Positions 13,185 through 26,300 of a stretch of 64,000 nucleotides of DNA are shown here, in pieces. The position numbers were made by a program, and so were the translations under genes. The notes beneath the pieces were generated by a model. It saw nothing but the letters and a program-made list of their open reading frames with translations. It was not told where the DNA came from and ran no database searches. Positions within the stretch are counted from its first letter, which is position 1. Each line of letters begins with the position of its first letter. Origin of the DNA: Phyllobates terribilis (taxonomy: Eukaryota); the NCBI RefSeq assembly GCF_046119375.1, contig NW_027362767.1, positions 275,962,001-276,026,000 of the forward strand. The letters run 5' to 3'.

Positions 13185-14030
13185 GAACGTGCCCCCTACC
13201 TACAGTGACATATAGTGGATCCTATAGATAAGTGTCTTCTACCTACAGTGACCCACAACTGAGAAGCCTACAGAGAAGAGTGCTCCTGCCTCAGGTGTGT
13301 CAGAAGTGACAGTCGCCCTGCAGTGGGTTGCAGATCTCTACGTTTGGCATTACAGACATCTTCTTAGAGGCTATCTCTAGGACCTAGCGGCTACCTTCCT
13401 CTGGCTAATTAACACCCTGGCCTAGATGTATAAATACCAGCTGTGTTATAGAGGGAGGTGCCGGCAATATTCATTACTCCTTGTGAAGGCTTTAGCAAGA
13501 GCAGTACTTCCTCTCTGGAGCTTGAGGACGTGTTTGCATTTGTCTGGAGTCATCTAAAGCTAAGCAATTTCCCAGTTTGTCCTCCCTTGCTGTCTTTAGT
13601 GTTCAGTGGAGATCGACTAGTGCTCATCTACTCCCTTCCCTAGCCTTAGCCATATGCCAGGGAAAGACCGGGCGAGGCACGCATATGGCGATTGGTGAAG
13701 AGCAGATATAGGGTCATTAGGGGAGACAGGGTGATATTCTATCAGCCAGGAGGTCTCCACTCCCCCTTTCCCTAGAGCCTGGGCTTCCTTTCCCTCTTCC
13801 CTTTGTGTTGCACTGTTTTTCCCACACTTTGCGTGACAGCTCCCTAACTAGTGTCACATGGAGGAGCTTATAGAAAATAATGCTCCTTACTTACTGTGAC
13901 TCATGGTAGAAGAGCCTATAGAGAAAAGTGCCTCTTTCCTACAGTGACCGATAAAGGCTGAAGCTATAAAGAAAAAGTGTTCCTCCCCGCCTTACACATG
14001 GAGAAGCCTATAGAGAAAAGTACTTCCCCC
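13185..14030. repeat. Degenerate continuation of the 46-bp minisatellite
   Basis: Diverged units such as gtgccccctacctacagtgaca and agcctatagagaaaagtgcctc. Confidence 0.75.
13287..13838. mobile_element. Probable solo LTR (552 bp)
   Basis: TG...CA termini (ends gcgtgaca); 5-bp TSD GCTCC at 13282-86 and 13839-43; removing it restores a minisatellite unit. Confidence 0.6.
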
Positions 14031-14099
14031 CACTCCCACCAGTTACAGTGGCGGGACCACTTACTGTTTCATGTATTTGGACAAGCTATGAGATTTAAT

Positions 14100-16270
14100 G
14101 ATCACAGTTGGTTGATATCTACCAATTTCAAAAGTTATTGACTTTTTATAACAATTAAAAGGTGCCTAATGTGTTGACCACAGCTGTACATCTTCCAGAT
14201 CATGCTGTAGACAGAAAAGGTAGCAGGTCTTCTAGCCAGCAAGTGTGATTGTTTCAGTTTTTCCTGTTCAAGTCTCCAAGCCATTAGATGAAGCTCAAGT
14301 ACTTGTAGAGGAGAGATGTCTTCCCAAGCCAGTCTTGCCAGTATCCGTCTCTCAACTACGCAAGTGCAAAAAAAATATATATGTTCCACGAGACCAGAAT
14401 ATGCTAACTGAGGTAGCCTTTGTCTGTCCAGAATTTTCCTCAGGAGTCTCTGGATTAGTGGCAGATGAAGAAAGACATAAACCAGCTTGTCATTTCAACT
14501 GGAAGATAAGTTGTCTATTACGGTGGGATTGTTGTGTTAACTGGTTTGTAAATTTTGGGCTATACAGGAGTGAGATATGATTTTTCCATATTTATAATAA
14601 GCCTGTCTCTTGTCAACGTGTTCAGAGGCTCCTGTAAATGAAGGTGGTAGTATTGCCTGGATGTTACTACTGACCCGTTGGCACTACAGTTCTAACCGTT
14701 TCAATTATTAAATAATTATTCACAATGAATCTGTTTAGAGTCGATTTATGATTGTACAAAATACCCAGTTTGGCTTCTGTACTAGGAAGATGAAAAGATG
14801 CTAATTGCAATAGCCTTTGTTTGTCCAGAATTGTTTTCCTTGGGATTCTCTGGATTAGTGGGAGAAGAAGAAAGACACAAATCAGCTTGTTACTTCAACT
14901 GGAAGATAAGTTGTCTATTAAAGGTGGGATGGCCTTCTGCCTGTTCCGAAGAGGATACTGGAAGTACAGCCCCCAACTGAAGTAAATTCTGAATACTTTC
15001 CTCCAGTCTTCTTTGGAGAAGAAAGGAGTTTAGATCTACTATTACAAATCTTGCAGGAGGTGTTAAGGCGAAATACATTCAGTATCCTTTCCTGATGGTC
15101 ATTAAAATACACTGATCTTTGGTCATCAGCTCCCATAGGATTATGTATGCTGATGATCTTCCTCCTATAATATTGGTATCAATGACCTTTACCAGATTGG
15201 AGCTACCAAGGGTAGAGAATTTTATTTTTAGCCCAAACCAATTAACTGATTTCCCTTTACCTCTATAGTCTCGGTTCCTATGTCTAGATGGATGAAAATT
15301 TATCTTGGTCCATTTCTTCCAGCCTATCATTTTATCCACAGCCTTTTCCAAGATTTGGTTCAAGACAGGGCCAAAAAGTAATTTTTCTTTGAACAATATG
15401 CTGCATATCTTAACTTGGAGGTTGTATCATCCTGCCAGTGCCCAATCCATAAAGGTCTTCTAGCCACGTTCAATAAGACATCAGAGCGGGCTGTACGGTC
15501 CAACTTAGCCGTGACATGTGCTAAAAAAAAAACCAAACTCATTGACAACTTCAAAGACTTAAGCATTGTGGCTCTTGAGGTTTTCGCCTGCAGAAAAGAT
15601 TCATGTTTCTCCAGTCAAATGAAAAGGAATCTAGCGACACTTGTTGCAGCAATATTTGGTTTTAATAAGGTAGGCGATGCCTCACAAATTCTAGAAAGAA
15701 GCTTGTCAGTCTCGGTCCATGGGATCTCTGGAGGTGGAAGGGGTCCTCAAAAACTAAAGAGGTATTTTTAAACACTTGATACTTAGACATCAGTCTTGGG
15801 TATTTCATCACAGACCTTGGTGCTCTCAACATTAAACAAAAGGTTGTTCTCTCTTGGAATAACAAGTTCTCTCTCAGGATGTTTTTAATCGCCCAGTTTC
15901 AGCACACTGTCATGTATGGTGAAGACCTTTCTTTTACACGGTCTAAGACTTCCAGACATTTCATCCTGAAAGGTTTTTGGTTCCATCTTTTTATCTACCT
16001 ACAGTATTGTGGATGCCACCAAGCAGGATCTCAACTGAGTCGTCTTTGTCCTCTGAGGAAGATTTATATAAAAAGATGGAACCGGCATTGGAGTGTAAAC
16101 CTGAAATTACTTGTGTTCTGGGCCTTTCCAAAGGAGGACAAGAGCTCGGACTTTGACGCAGGTTTAGTATAGATAGGCCAAATGCACCTCCTGTCTGATT
16201 ACGACTCCAAGTTCTTCTGAGATAGATGGTGGTTTGTCCTGTACCATCTTATTTGTGCAGGTTTACAATG
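14100..16270 (-). mobile_element. Old, fragmented DIRS retrotransposon
   Basis: LFGPVLNQILEKA (ORF 15079-15396) and ARRPLWIGHWQDDTTSK (15360-15566) match DIRS gag motifs also seen at 26305-27163; LHLMAWRLE (14135-14389) matches the end of DIRS pol. Confidence 0.7.
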
Positions 16271-16678
16271 GTGCTCCATCCCTGTGCTATACAGGCGATC
16301 AGAGTCAAAAAAGTGAAAGTCCCATAGCGGGACAAAGTATAAAAGTAACGCCGCGTCCGGAACGACCTGATCTATAAAACTCTCCCACTAGTTAACCCCT
16401 TTAGTGAACACGGTAAAAAAAATAAAACAAAAACGAAGTAAAAAACTATGCTTTATCATACTGCCAAATAAAAAATGGAATAAAACGCAATCAAAAAGAT
16501 GAATATAAATAAAAATGATACCGCTGAAAAAGTCATCTTGTCCCACAAAAAACAAGCCGCAATACAGCTCCATCAGCTGAAAAATAAAAAAGTTACAGCT
16601 CTCAGAATAAAGCGATGCAAAAAAATATTCTTTTTTCTATAAAATAGCTTTTATTGTGTAAAAGCGCCAAAACATAGA

Positions 16679-16682
<4 letters not shown>

Positions 16683-16742
<60 letters not shown>
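16683..16742. repeat. Compound (TA)n(CA)n microsatellite
   Basis: Directly visible. Confidence 0.95.
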
Positions 16743-16743
<1 letters not shown>

Positions 16744-17225
16744 GATATAAATGTGGAACCGCTGTAAACGTACTGACCCGAAGAATAAAGCTGCCTTATC
16801 AATTTTACCACACGCGGAACGGCATTTTTTTTTTTTTCTAAAAAAAAAAAATTCCTTTGTTGGTTTTTGTTTATTCTGCCTCCCAAAAATCGGAATAGAA
16901 AGCGATCAAAAAGTGTCACGTGCCTGAAAATGGTACCAATAAAAACGTCAACTCATCCTGCAAAAAACAAGCCGTCACATGACTGTCGGCCGAAATATGA
17001 AAAAATTATATAGTTCTCAAAATATGGAGATGCAAAAAAACCCCACGTCTTTTAGTGTGAGACAGCTGTCAATAATAAAAACCCGCTATAAATCTGGTAT
17101 CGCTGTAATCGCACCGACCCGAAGAATAAAGTCGTCTAATCACTTATACCGTACGAGGAACAGCGTAAAAAATAAACTCTAGGGCTGGTGTTGTGCTTGG
17201 TTTAGGGTTGGGATTTTTTCGAAAG

Positions 17226-17261
<36 letters not shown>

Positions 17262-17277
17262 CGACGATATGGCGACT

Positions 17278-17584
17278 AGTGTTGAGCGCAAGTGCTCGCT
17301 ACTTGAGTTTGCATCGGGTGCTCACTAATGCATGGAGTATCGCGGGTACCGGAGTGACATGCTTGAGTCTCCGTCCCATATGCTTCGCAGCCAAAAAAAA
17401 CCTTGCTGGGATTGTCTGCCATGCACGAGCGATCCCCGCATTTTTTTTTTTTTGGGGTGTTTTAACAACCGTGAAACATGCGAGCGGGGACTCGAGCATG
17501 TCACTCGAGCACGCGTGATACACGGTGCATGCCTGAGTACCGTATGCAAACTCAAGTAGCGAGCACTTGCGCTCAAGACCAACG
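17278..17584. mobile_element. Palindromic MITE
   Basis: agtgttgagcgcaagtgctcgctacttgagtttgcat ... atgcaaactcaagtagcgagcacttgcgctcaa, long TIRs. Confidence 0.75.
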
Positions 17585-20500
17585 ACAACTTATTCACTAT
17601 GATGACCTGTTATCAAATTCTGTGTCGTACCTCTGGGTTCAAAATGTTCACTATACTCCTTGATAAAATCCTTGAGGGGTCTAGTTTCCAAAATGGTGTC
17701 ACTTGTGGGGGGTTTCCATTGTTTAGGCACGTCAGGGCCTCTCCAAACAACATGGCGTCCCCTAATTATTCAAGCAAATTTTATATTCAATTAGTTAAAT
17801 AGCGCTCCTTCCCTTCCAAACCCTGCCATGCGCGTAAACAGTTGTTCTCCCCCACATATGGGATATCTGCTTACTCAGGAGAAATTGCACAACAAATTTT
17901 GGGGTTCATTTTTTGATACCCTTGCGAAAATATAAAAATTGGGGTCTAAAGTAACATTTTTGTGAAAAAAAAAAAAAAGGTTAATTTTCTTCCTTCCACA
18001 TTCCAAAAATTCCTGTGAAGCACATGAAGGGTTAATAAACTTCTTGAATGTGGTTTTGAGCACCATGAGGGGTGCAGTTTTTAGAATGGTGTCAGTTTTG
18101 GGTATTTTCTGTCATAAAGGCCCCTCAAAGTGACTTCAAATATGATGTGGTCCCTAAAAAAATATTTTTTGTAAATTTTGTTGTAAAAATTAGAAATCGC
18201 TGGTCCATTTTTAACCCTTATAGCTCCCTAACAAAAAAAAAAAAATGTTAGTTCCAAAATTGTGCTGATGTAAAGTAGACACGTGGAAAATGTTATTTAT
18301 TAAGTATTTTGTGTGACATATCTCTCTGATTTAAGGGCATGGAAATTCAAAGTTTGAAGATTGCAAAATGTTCAAAATTTTGGCCAAATTTCCGCTTTTT
18401 TCACACATAAAAGCAAGTGATAATGAATAAATTTTACTACTATCATGAAGTACAATATGTCACAAAAAAACAGTCTCAGAATCAGGGGGATCCGTTGAAG
18501 CGTTCCAGAATAATTACCTCATAAAGTTACAGTGGTCAGAATTGTAAAAATTGGCCCAGTCATTAACGTGCAAACCACCCTGGGGGGGTAAAGGGGTTAA
18601 TTGTTAAAAACACTTATTTGAAGGACGTATTTTTCAGGTGTTTCAATTTATATATGAGATTGCAGACTGCTCTGCAGATTCAGAGCTGGGTAACAAGACT
18701 ACGCATGGCTTTCGCACTCTCACCAGCCTCCTCACGCTGTCATCTCTTACCTTGTATAGTAGGCTTGGGGAGACTCCTTGTTTCTAAGCCTAATTCCAAG
18801 GCCTCCTCTTGTCTGTGATCACAACACCAGAATCACAAGTCCGAAACGTCAGAGTTACAGGACCTCCTCTGACGCAGCCAGACACGTCTGTACGCATTTC
18901 CGCAATAAGGGAATACTGCTGGGAGACACCGCCGACTGGGGACCCTGCACTTAGAGATGCTGCACTGCTCTTGTAGCTTCCACTTGAGTGCAGTTTAAGC
19001 AGAGACAAGGAAGCCGGAACCCGCTAAAAGCTGGTACGATTCCGGATGGGAAGGATACTGGAAATAGTCTGGTATCGCTACCGGATAGCTTATGAAAAGC
19101 ATTAAAACCCTGCCTCCAGCCACAGGGTCTGGCGGGTACCAAAAAAGTACCTCTCTCTGCTCCCTGTCCAGGTAGGAACAGGAAAATACTGGAGAAGTGG
19201 AGGTGTAATCTCTCCGCTTTTGCTTCCTGTTCCTATTAGGATCGAGAGGCAATCTCATGTCAGCGGCTGTCATGGTGGTGCTATGTAAAAACAGCAATTC
19301 TGGCATTTTTTTTTTAAAATTATATATAGATGCCAGCTTTGTTACACATTCAGCAGTCGCTGTAAGGAATAGGCAAAAGCACAAAAGGAAAATTGTGGCA
19401 AAGTGGGGCTAAACTGGAATTTGGGGCTTTTAAAGGGAAACCCCAAATTCCATTTATTTATTTTTAAATACTTCGCCCCACAAGGGAACATGAAATCCTG
19501 TGATGGAATGGATAATACACTGAGCTACTCATGTAGTGGAGAGCATTACCAATCCTTTGAGTGTATAACTGCCTACGGTGGACTATAATAGGCTGTGGTG
19601 TATGGTCTACATGGAAGATATTGTTAGGGTTCTGGTTGCCATTACAACCCATCAGCGCATTAGCGATGGGATGACAGGAGGAAGTTATCACCCTGTGTTC
19701 CTTCAAACTCCTCACATGATGTGGTCACTACAGACAGGGGTATCTGAGAGGTTACAGCACTTGGACTTGAGCCAACTCTGGTCCCAGCACACGGTGCAGG
19801 CGCTCAGCAGCACACGAGGTACAGTTATGTGTGTGCTGCTGAGGATGATCAGAGATGTCACAGGGTTAGTCTCCACCGTAATCCTACCAAACAATATGAC
19901 TGTTAAAAATTGGCGCCTCATGTATGTGGACTGTTTTGGAGGCTACGTGAGACCATACAATCAAAGGGATAATTCTGATAGTATTCTAGTCCTGCAGCAT
20001 TATCAGCCGACAAAGGCTCAGCACCAATATTACCATGAAGGACAAGTTCTAATAAGCAGAAGCTGCCAAACTGGACTGTTCTGTTAATGAGCAATTACAT
20101 ATGAGGAGCCCACCTCACCCCTCCAAACTCCATCCATCCATCCAGAGAATATGTTGCGGATATGTTAAGACTGCATTCACATGGGACATCTCTGCTCCAG
20201 ATTTCACTTCAGAAATGCTATGGATTTGCTGCATGTGTCCCCGTTTGCACCATGGTGAGAACCACAGCATAAATAGACATCCTGCTGATTTCTGAGCACG
20301 GTCAGTAAGCATATACCCTCTGTAAATCAGTGGTTTTCCCAAACCCATCAAGAGGTTGACTTGCATCCTACAGGAGAGGCTTGGACACAATTATCCCTAT
20401 AAATCTGTACTGCTGGATTATTCATGTTTTGTCAGCACATGGGGAAAACAGAGATCGGTTACAATTATCTGCAGGGGGTAAAGTAACCCAGAGTGCTTAA

Positions 20501-20883
20501 TATGCCAATAAAGCCTTCAAGTCAACAGTATCACTGACAGAAAGTCACATCTGTTTTATGTGCCCTTTGCTTTCCCCATCATGTGCAGCAATGTGGCGAC
20601 AACAACTCACAGTGCGCTCCAGCACAGAGGTAATTGGCAAGAGAGCAAAATATGTGAATACAAGGGGATCAGACACTTTTGGCTCAACTTCACACACTGT
20701 GCTGCCTCGGTATCCCTAAATTGTGGCGCATTACCCGGCCGCCTCCATATCTTGCAGCATCTCCTCAACTGAAACCAGCGAGCCATACAACAGGTGGACA
20801 AGTATGAGACGACTCCTTTCGTGGGCTAGCCGAGGTCAGCAGTGTCACCCGAGGGACTCAAAGTCCATGACACTATTCAGGCC

Positions 20884-20889
20884 TTTATT
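20884..20889 (-). terminator. SURF6: SURF6 polyadenylation signal (AATAAA)
   Basis: tttatt on + strand, ~150 nt past the stop codon. Confidence 0.6.
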
Positions 20890-21039
20890 ACACAATGTTA
20901 AATATAAAAAAAAATGCCCAAAGGGACTGTTCAGGCTAAACGTCTTTTCACTCCATACTCAACCACATCCCAGAATGGACTGTGTACCCTAAATAGGAAC
21001 CTGACTGCTCCACTGCAGTGACTAGTCCCTGAGCATGCA

Positions 21040-21720
21040 TCACTTCACACTGGCCTTGGCCAAGTCCTCCGGCATGATTCGTCCCTTCTTGCGAGCCCGG
21101 TTCTTCTTCTTCTCGACCTTGGCCATCTTTTTCTTCTTGATGTTGCGATTTCTCTTGTCCTGTCTCTGCTGCATCTTGTCGGCTGTGTTCTGAATGCGCT
21201 TGTCCCAGTGTTTCTTCCTCTGTTCCTTCCGCTTCTCTTTCCTTTTCAAAGCGGTCTTCAGCATCCCCTCATCATCTCTGATCTTCAGGCCCTCTGCTTT
21301 GTACAGCACATTAGTCCACTTTATCTTGTTCTCGAAGTCCTTGGCTTTGTCCTGGTCTTTAACCCTGAGCTCCTCTAGTTTGCTCTTACGGGCCTCCAAG
21401 CGGCTCAGCAGCTGCTTGTAGTTCTTGCCAGTCATGGGTGTGATGTTGCCCTTCACACTCTGTTTCTTCTCCTTTTTCTTCATAACCTTATTGACAGGCT
21501 CATCATGGGCCACCACCTTATTGAACACCAGTGGGGGCTGGACCATGTCCTCAGTCAGTTGGTCGGAGGGCTTCTCTTCAGAGGTGGTTTCCTGCTCAGG
21601 GGTCTCTTCTATGGCCTTCATCTTCAGCTCCTTCCTCTTCCTCTTCTTTCGCTCTCGCTCTTGCTTCCTCTTTTGTCGCCTTTTCTCGATTTCTTCAGCT
21701 GAAAGTGTTTTGTTGGAAAC
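21040..21720 (-). CDS. SURF6: Surfeit locus protein 6, last coding exon
   Basis: SURF6 domain: GKNYKQLL...W...LYKAEGLKIRDDEGMLKTALKRKEKRK...WDKR...RQDKRNRNI; AG acceptor 21721-22; TGA 21040-42. The four coding exons join in phase (91+108+80+681=960 nt, 319 aa). Confidence 0.95.
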   Translation of the reverse strand, partial: VSNKTLSAEEIEKRRQKRKQERERKKRKRKELKMKAIEETPEQETTSEEKPSDQLTEDMVQPPLVFNKVVAHDEPVNKVMKKKEKKQSVKGNITPMTGKNYKQLLSRLEARKSKLEELRVKDQDKAKDFENKIKWTNVLYKAEGLKIRDDEGMLKTALKRKEKRKEQRKKHWDKRIQNTADKMQQRQDKRNRNIKKKKMAKVEKKKNRARKKGRIMPEDLAKASVK

Positions 21721-21821
21721 CTAAGAACAGAGAGTCAAACTTTCACTGATTATGTAGAATGTCCTGGGGCCCGCAGGGTGAGGACCATGACTGTGCCCCT
21801 ACACAGCAGACTCGTTCTCAC

Positions 21822-21901
21822 CTGACACCGAGACTCCTCAATCTTCTCATGGAGGCGTTTTCTTAGTAAGTCCACTGTGGAGAAGGAGCGGAGAGCTGGG
21901 T
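21822..21901 (-). CDS. SURF6: SURF6 coding exon 3
   Basis: cag|...|gtgag; encodes DPALRSFSTVDLLRKRLHEKIEESRCQ (conserved LRxRLHEKI motif). Confidence 0.92.
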
Positions 21902-22510
21902 CTGCAGGAAACAAGAGTGGGTGAAATACAGAAACCCCCTCAAATAATGGCGTTCATCTCATCCCCACATATGAACATCCGCATTCACCAGCTCCCCATA
22001 TATCACTAGAATGCGGTGATATACACCTACATAGTGACTTGCGAAAGTATTCACCCCCTTAGATTTTTACCTATTTTGTTTCATTATAACCTGTGTTTAA
22101 ATATTTTTGTAATCCGATTTGTGTGTGATGAATCAGCATTAAATAGTCTAAGTTGGTGAAGTGAGAAAAATATAGGCAGAAATTAAATGTAACTAAAAAT
22201 TGGCATGTGCATATGTATAAACCCCTTTTGCTATGAAGACCCTAAAAAATTCTGGTGCAAGCAATTACCTTCATAAGCCCCATGCTTAGTGAAAGGAAGC
22301 CCACCTGTGTGTAATCTAAGTGTCACATGTCTGTCAGTATATACACTTTACCTTTTCTGAAAGGAAACAGAGGCTGCAACACCATTAACCAAGAGGCTCC
22401 ACTAGCCAAACACCACCATGAAGACCAAGGAGATCTCCAAACACCACCATGAAGACCAAGGAGATCTCCAAACAAGTCAGGGACAAAGTTGTTGAGAAGT
22501 AAAAGTCAGG

Positions 22511-23354
22511 GTGTACCCACGATGCAGAAATGCTCAGGATTTTTTCCTGAGCGTTTCTGTATCTCCCTGGCAGAAAAAAATGTGGATTGTACATGCGTTT
22601 TTCCTGCCAGGGACATGCGGATTTGAAGCGTTCTTCACTTGCATTTCCGCATGTGGGTTGACAAGCGCTTTCCAAGCGATTTTAGCATCACTTGGAAAGT
22701 GCTTGACAACTTGGTCACACTATATAAATCCATGCAACCAGCATAGGTTTATATAGTGTGACCTAAAGAATGGTTAAAAATAAAAAATAAATCTATACTT
22801 ACCCTCTGATGGCCCCCGCAGTCTTGATTCCCTCCGTCCCGGCAGCGGTAGACTGAAGGACCTGCCGACGTCAGCGTCGCGTGACCCGTCACATGACTAT
22901 GACGTCAGCGCAGGTCCTTCAGTCCATCACTAGCTGATGGCAAGCACAGACAAGGAGACCGGGGGCCACCAGAAGGTAAATATAATCTTTTTTTTTTTTA
23001 CAGTTTCTATGGTACAGGGGCACGGAGGAGAGTCTCCTCTCCTCTAGACCTAGGTACCATCCGCACATTGGAACACATGTATTCCGCATGTCCTTATCTA
23101 GTGAAGCGGAAAGCATGCGTTCTAATGCAAGTCAATGGCGGCGAAAACGCAGCACTTCCGCAAAATAATTGGTAGTGCTGCGTTTTTTTCCACAATGATA
23201 ATCCGCAGCGGAAATTTCTGCAGCATGTGCACAGCACATGCGGATTATCATTGGGGGACATGGCAGGCCTTCTACCATGCGTTTTTTTAAGCGTTTCTGC
23301 AACGTTTTTGCCGCTGCGGAAACGCTTAAAAAAACGCATCGTGGACACACAGCC
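22511..23354. mobile_element. PIF/Harbinger-like MITE, same family as 3759-4589
   Basis: cccacgatgcagaaatgctc ... gcatcgtggacacacagcc|TAA; internal sequence is collinear with 3759-4589. Confidence 0.8.
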
Positions 23355-23368
23355 TAAGTCTAATTCTA

Positions 23369-26300
23369 TTTTCTCTAATAACCCCCCACGACAGCACACA
23401 GGAGGTATACCAAAGATATACTAGGGAGGGACAATAGCCTGAAGGACCTTCCTTCCGAAGGCTAAATCTCCAACAGACATTAGGTCTAGTCTGTAGTGTT
23501 TGGAGAAAGTATGAATTGAGGACCATGTAGCAGCTCTGCAAATCTGTTCGATGGATGCGCTGGCTTTTTCAGCCCAAGAGAAAGATATCGTCCTTGTAGA
23601 ATAGGCCTTGAGCTTTGCTGGAGGAGGTAGATCCTGGATCTGGTAACCCTCCGTAATCGCCCTCTTAATCCACTTGGCTATTGTGGATTTTGCTGCTTTC
23701 TTTCCTCTGGACCTTGTGTATGGACAGATAGGTTCTTGTCTTTCCTTCCTTCTGTTTCCTGAAGATAGTGCAGTACTATTCTCCGAACGTCCAGAGTGTG
23801 GAATTTCATCTCTTTTTTGTCTTTTGGGTTGTCACAAAAAGATGAAAGGATTATCTCCTGAGATCTGTGGAAATTTAAGACCACCTTAGGTAGAAATGAA
23901 GGGTCAAGTTGGAAAATTAGACCATCTTCCAGGATTCTCAGGTAGGGTTCGTTGATCGAAAGGGCCTGTAGTTCACACACTCTTCTGGCTGTAGTTATTG
24001 CCACCAGGAAAACAGTTTTCCAGGTCAGCCTATCCAGTCTTATTGTTGATAAGGGCTCAAAGGGTGGAAGGGTTAACCCTTTCAGAACAATGTTAAGGTC
24101 CCAGGGGGGAACCAGGTCTGTTACTCTAGGGTGGATGCGGGTGGCTGCTGTCAAATCTTCTCACCCACTGATGTTCAGCTAGTCTTTGATCGAAGTAAGA
24201 ACTTAACGCCGCTACCTGGACCTTAAGAATACTAGGTCTGAGACCTTTGTCCAGACCTTCTTGTAAAAAGTCTAGAATCTGAGCCACATCAGCCCTATGA
24301 GGGTCTGGGCGAGTGGGTGCACAGCACCTTAAGAAGGTTTCCCAGATCTTATGGTAAATGGTGTTCGTTACAGGTTTCCTTCTCTTCTGGAGAGTTTTGA
24401 GGACTTTCTCTGAGGCCTCGTCTTTAATATCGGGAATTCAGAAGCCAGGCAGTTAGGTGTAGTCTCTCGGGATTCGGATGGTGAATCGGTCCCTGGAGAA
24501 GGAGATCCTTGATGGGAGGAAGGATTTGAGGGGTCTCCACACTCAGACTGGTTAACTTTCCGAACCAACTCCTTTTTGGCCAGCGAGGGGCCACTAGGAT
24601 TACTCTGGTCCCTTCGGTCCTTATCTTCTCTAAGGTTTTTGAAAGGATAGGTAGTGGGGGAAAGGCATACGCTAGTTTGAACTCCCATTTGTAAGCGAAT
24701 GCGTCCACGCCCAGGCAAGGGCCGTTTGGATCCAGGGAGAAATATTGAGGTACTTCCGCGTTCTGGTCTCCGGCGAAGAGATCTACCTCTGGATAGCCCC
24801 ATCTCTCGACTAACATCTGGAAGAAGTCTGGGTTTAGGCTCCACTCTCCTGGATGAATCTTTGTTCTGCTTAAGAAGTCGGCCTGGATATTGACTGAACC
24901 TTTGATATGAAGAGCTGACAAGGATAGAAGATGTTCTTCGGCCCAGGAGAATATTCTTGCGGAGATTGCTTTTAAGCTTTCGTATCTTGTGCCCCCTTGA
25001 TGACGAAGATGGGCTACCGTGGTGATATTGTCTGAAAATATCTGAATGTGAGATTTCTGGACCAGAGGCTCGGCTGCTCTGAGGACTTCCTCTACGGCCT
25101 TTAGTTCTCTGAAATTCGATGAGCGTTGGCTCACCTCTTTGGTCCATATACCCTGGAATAGCTCTAGGGAGACCATGGCTCCCCATCCCTTTTCGCTGGC
25201 ATCCACCTTTATGGTTACCAGCGGATTCTGGATCCATGGTACTCCTCTGTTCAGATTTTTTCCGTTCAGCCACCAGAATAGAGGAGTCCTTACTCGTGGT
25301 GGTATAGGGATTCACCTGTTCAGAGACCGTGGAGATCCGTCCCAATTCATAAGAATATGGGTCTGTAACGTTCGAGTGTGCGCCTGAGCCCAGGCCACCA
25401 TCTGAATACAGGAAGTCATAGACCCGAGGACCGACATGGCGTTTCTTAATGATACTGATCTTCTGCTCCTCAGGACATTGATTTTTGCTTTTATCATGAC
25501 CGGTTTTGTTTGGGCAGGAATGACATCTGGCTGTGGGAATCCAATAGTACTCCTAGAAATGTTTTTGTCATGGAGGGAACCATCTCTGATTTTTCCTGGT
25601 TCACTAACCAGCCCAGAGACGATAGGATCTGAGTGGTCAACTGTAGATGTTCTCGGAGTACTGGTACTGAGGGCCCGATTAATAACAGGTCGTCGGGTAC
25701 TATTGAAATGTTCTGACCCCTGATAAAAGCCATGACTTCTGCCATGACTTTTGTAAATATTCGCGGGGCTGATGAAATTCCAAATGGGAGAACATTGAAT
25801 TGATAGTGGACTATTTGATCCCCTTGAGCCACTGCGAATATTAGGAACCTCCTGTGAAGTGGATGTATGGGGATGTGGTAATATGCATCCTGGAGGTCGA
25901 TTGTGGCCATGACATGGTCCTGTCCTATCAGAGGGACCGTCGACCTGATGGATTCCATCTTGAATCCTTGGTAGTGGATATACTGATTCAGTTGCCTTAG
26001 ATTGATTATAACTCTGTGTGAGCCATTTGTTTTTTTTTATTAGGAAGAGCCTGGAATAATGTCCTGTGCCTATCTCCCTTGTAGGAACCAGGGATATCAC
26101 CCCTGAGGACAAATAGGTCTGTAAGACCGGATATCAGGGTGGCCTGACGACTCAGAGGAGAGCGATGTTAACCTTATCTTCTCTGGAGGATAGGAGGAGA
26201 AATGTATTTTTACTCCGAACTCGACAACTCCGAATTCGAAATGTATTTTTACTCCGAACTCGACAACTCCGAATTCGAGATGCGCCCCCCCGACTGTCCT

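Larger units (their letters stand above)
16270..18600. mobile_element. Non-autonomous DNA transposon with piggyBac-like AAGGGG|TTAA end, with an internal MITE
   Basis: Ends aaggggttaa at 18591-18600; AT-rich repeat without coding capacity; left boundary uncertain. Confidence 0.45.

Noticed and set aside
17224-17260. ~35-nt poly(A) tract as a retrocopy tail
   Set aside because: No identifiable retrotransposed body or TSD upstream
19578-20087. 169-aa ORF in unique DNA downstream of SURF6
   Set aside because: No recognisable motif or clear splice context; consistent with a chance ORF. BLASTP and RNA-seq would be needed to revive it
24368-26112. 325-aa and 266-aa ORFs overlapping DIRS pol
   Set aside because: Largely alternative frames of the overlapping, frameshifted DIRS ORFs; not host genes
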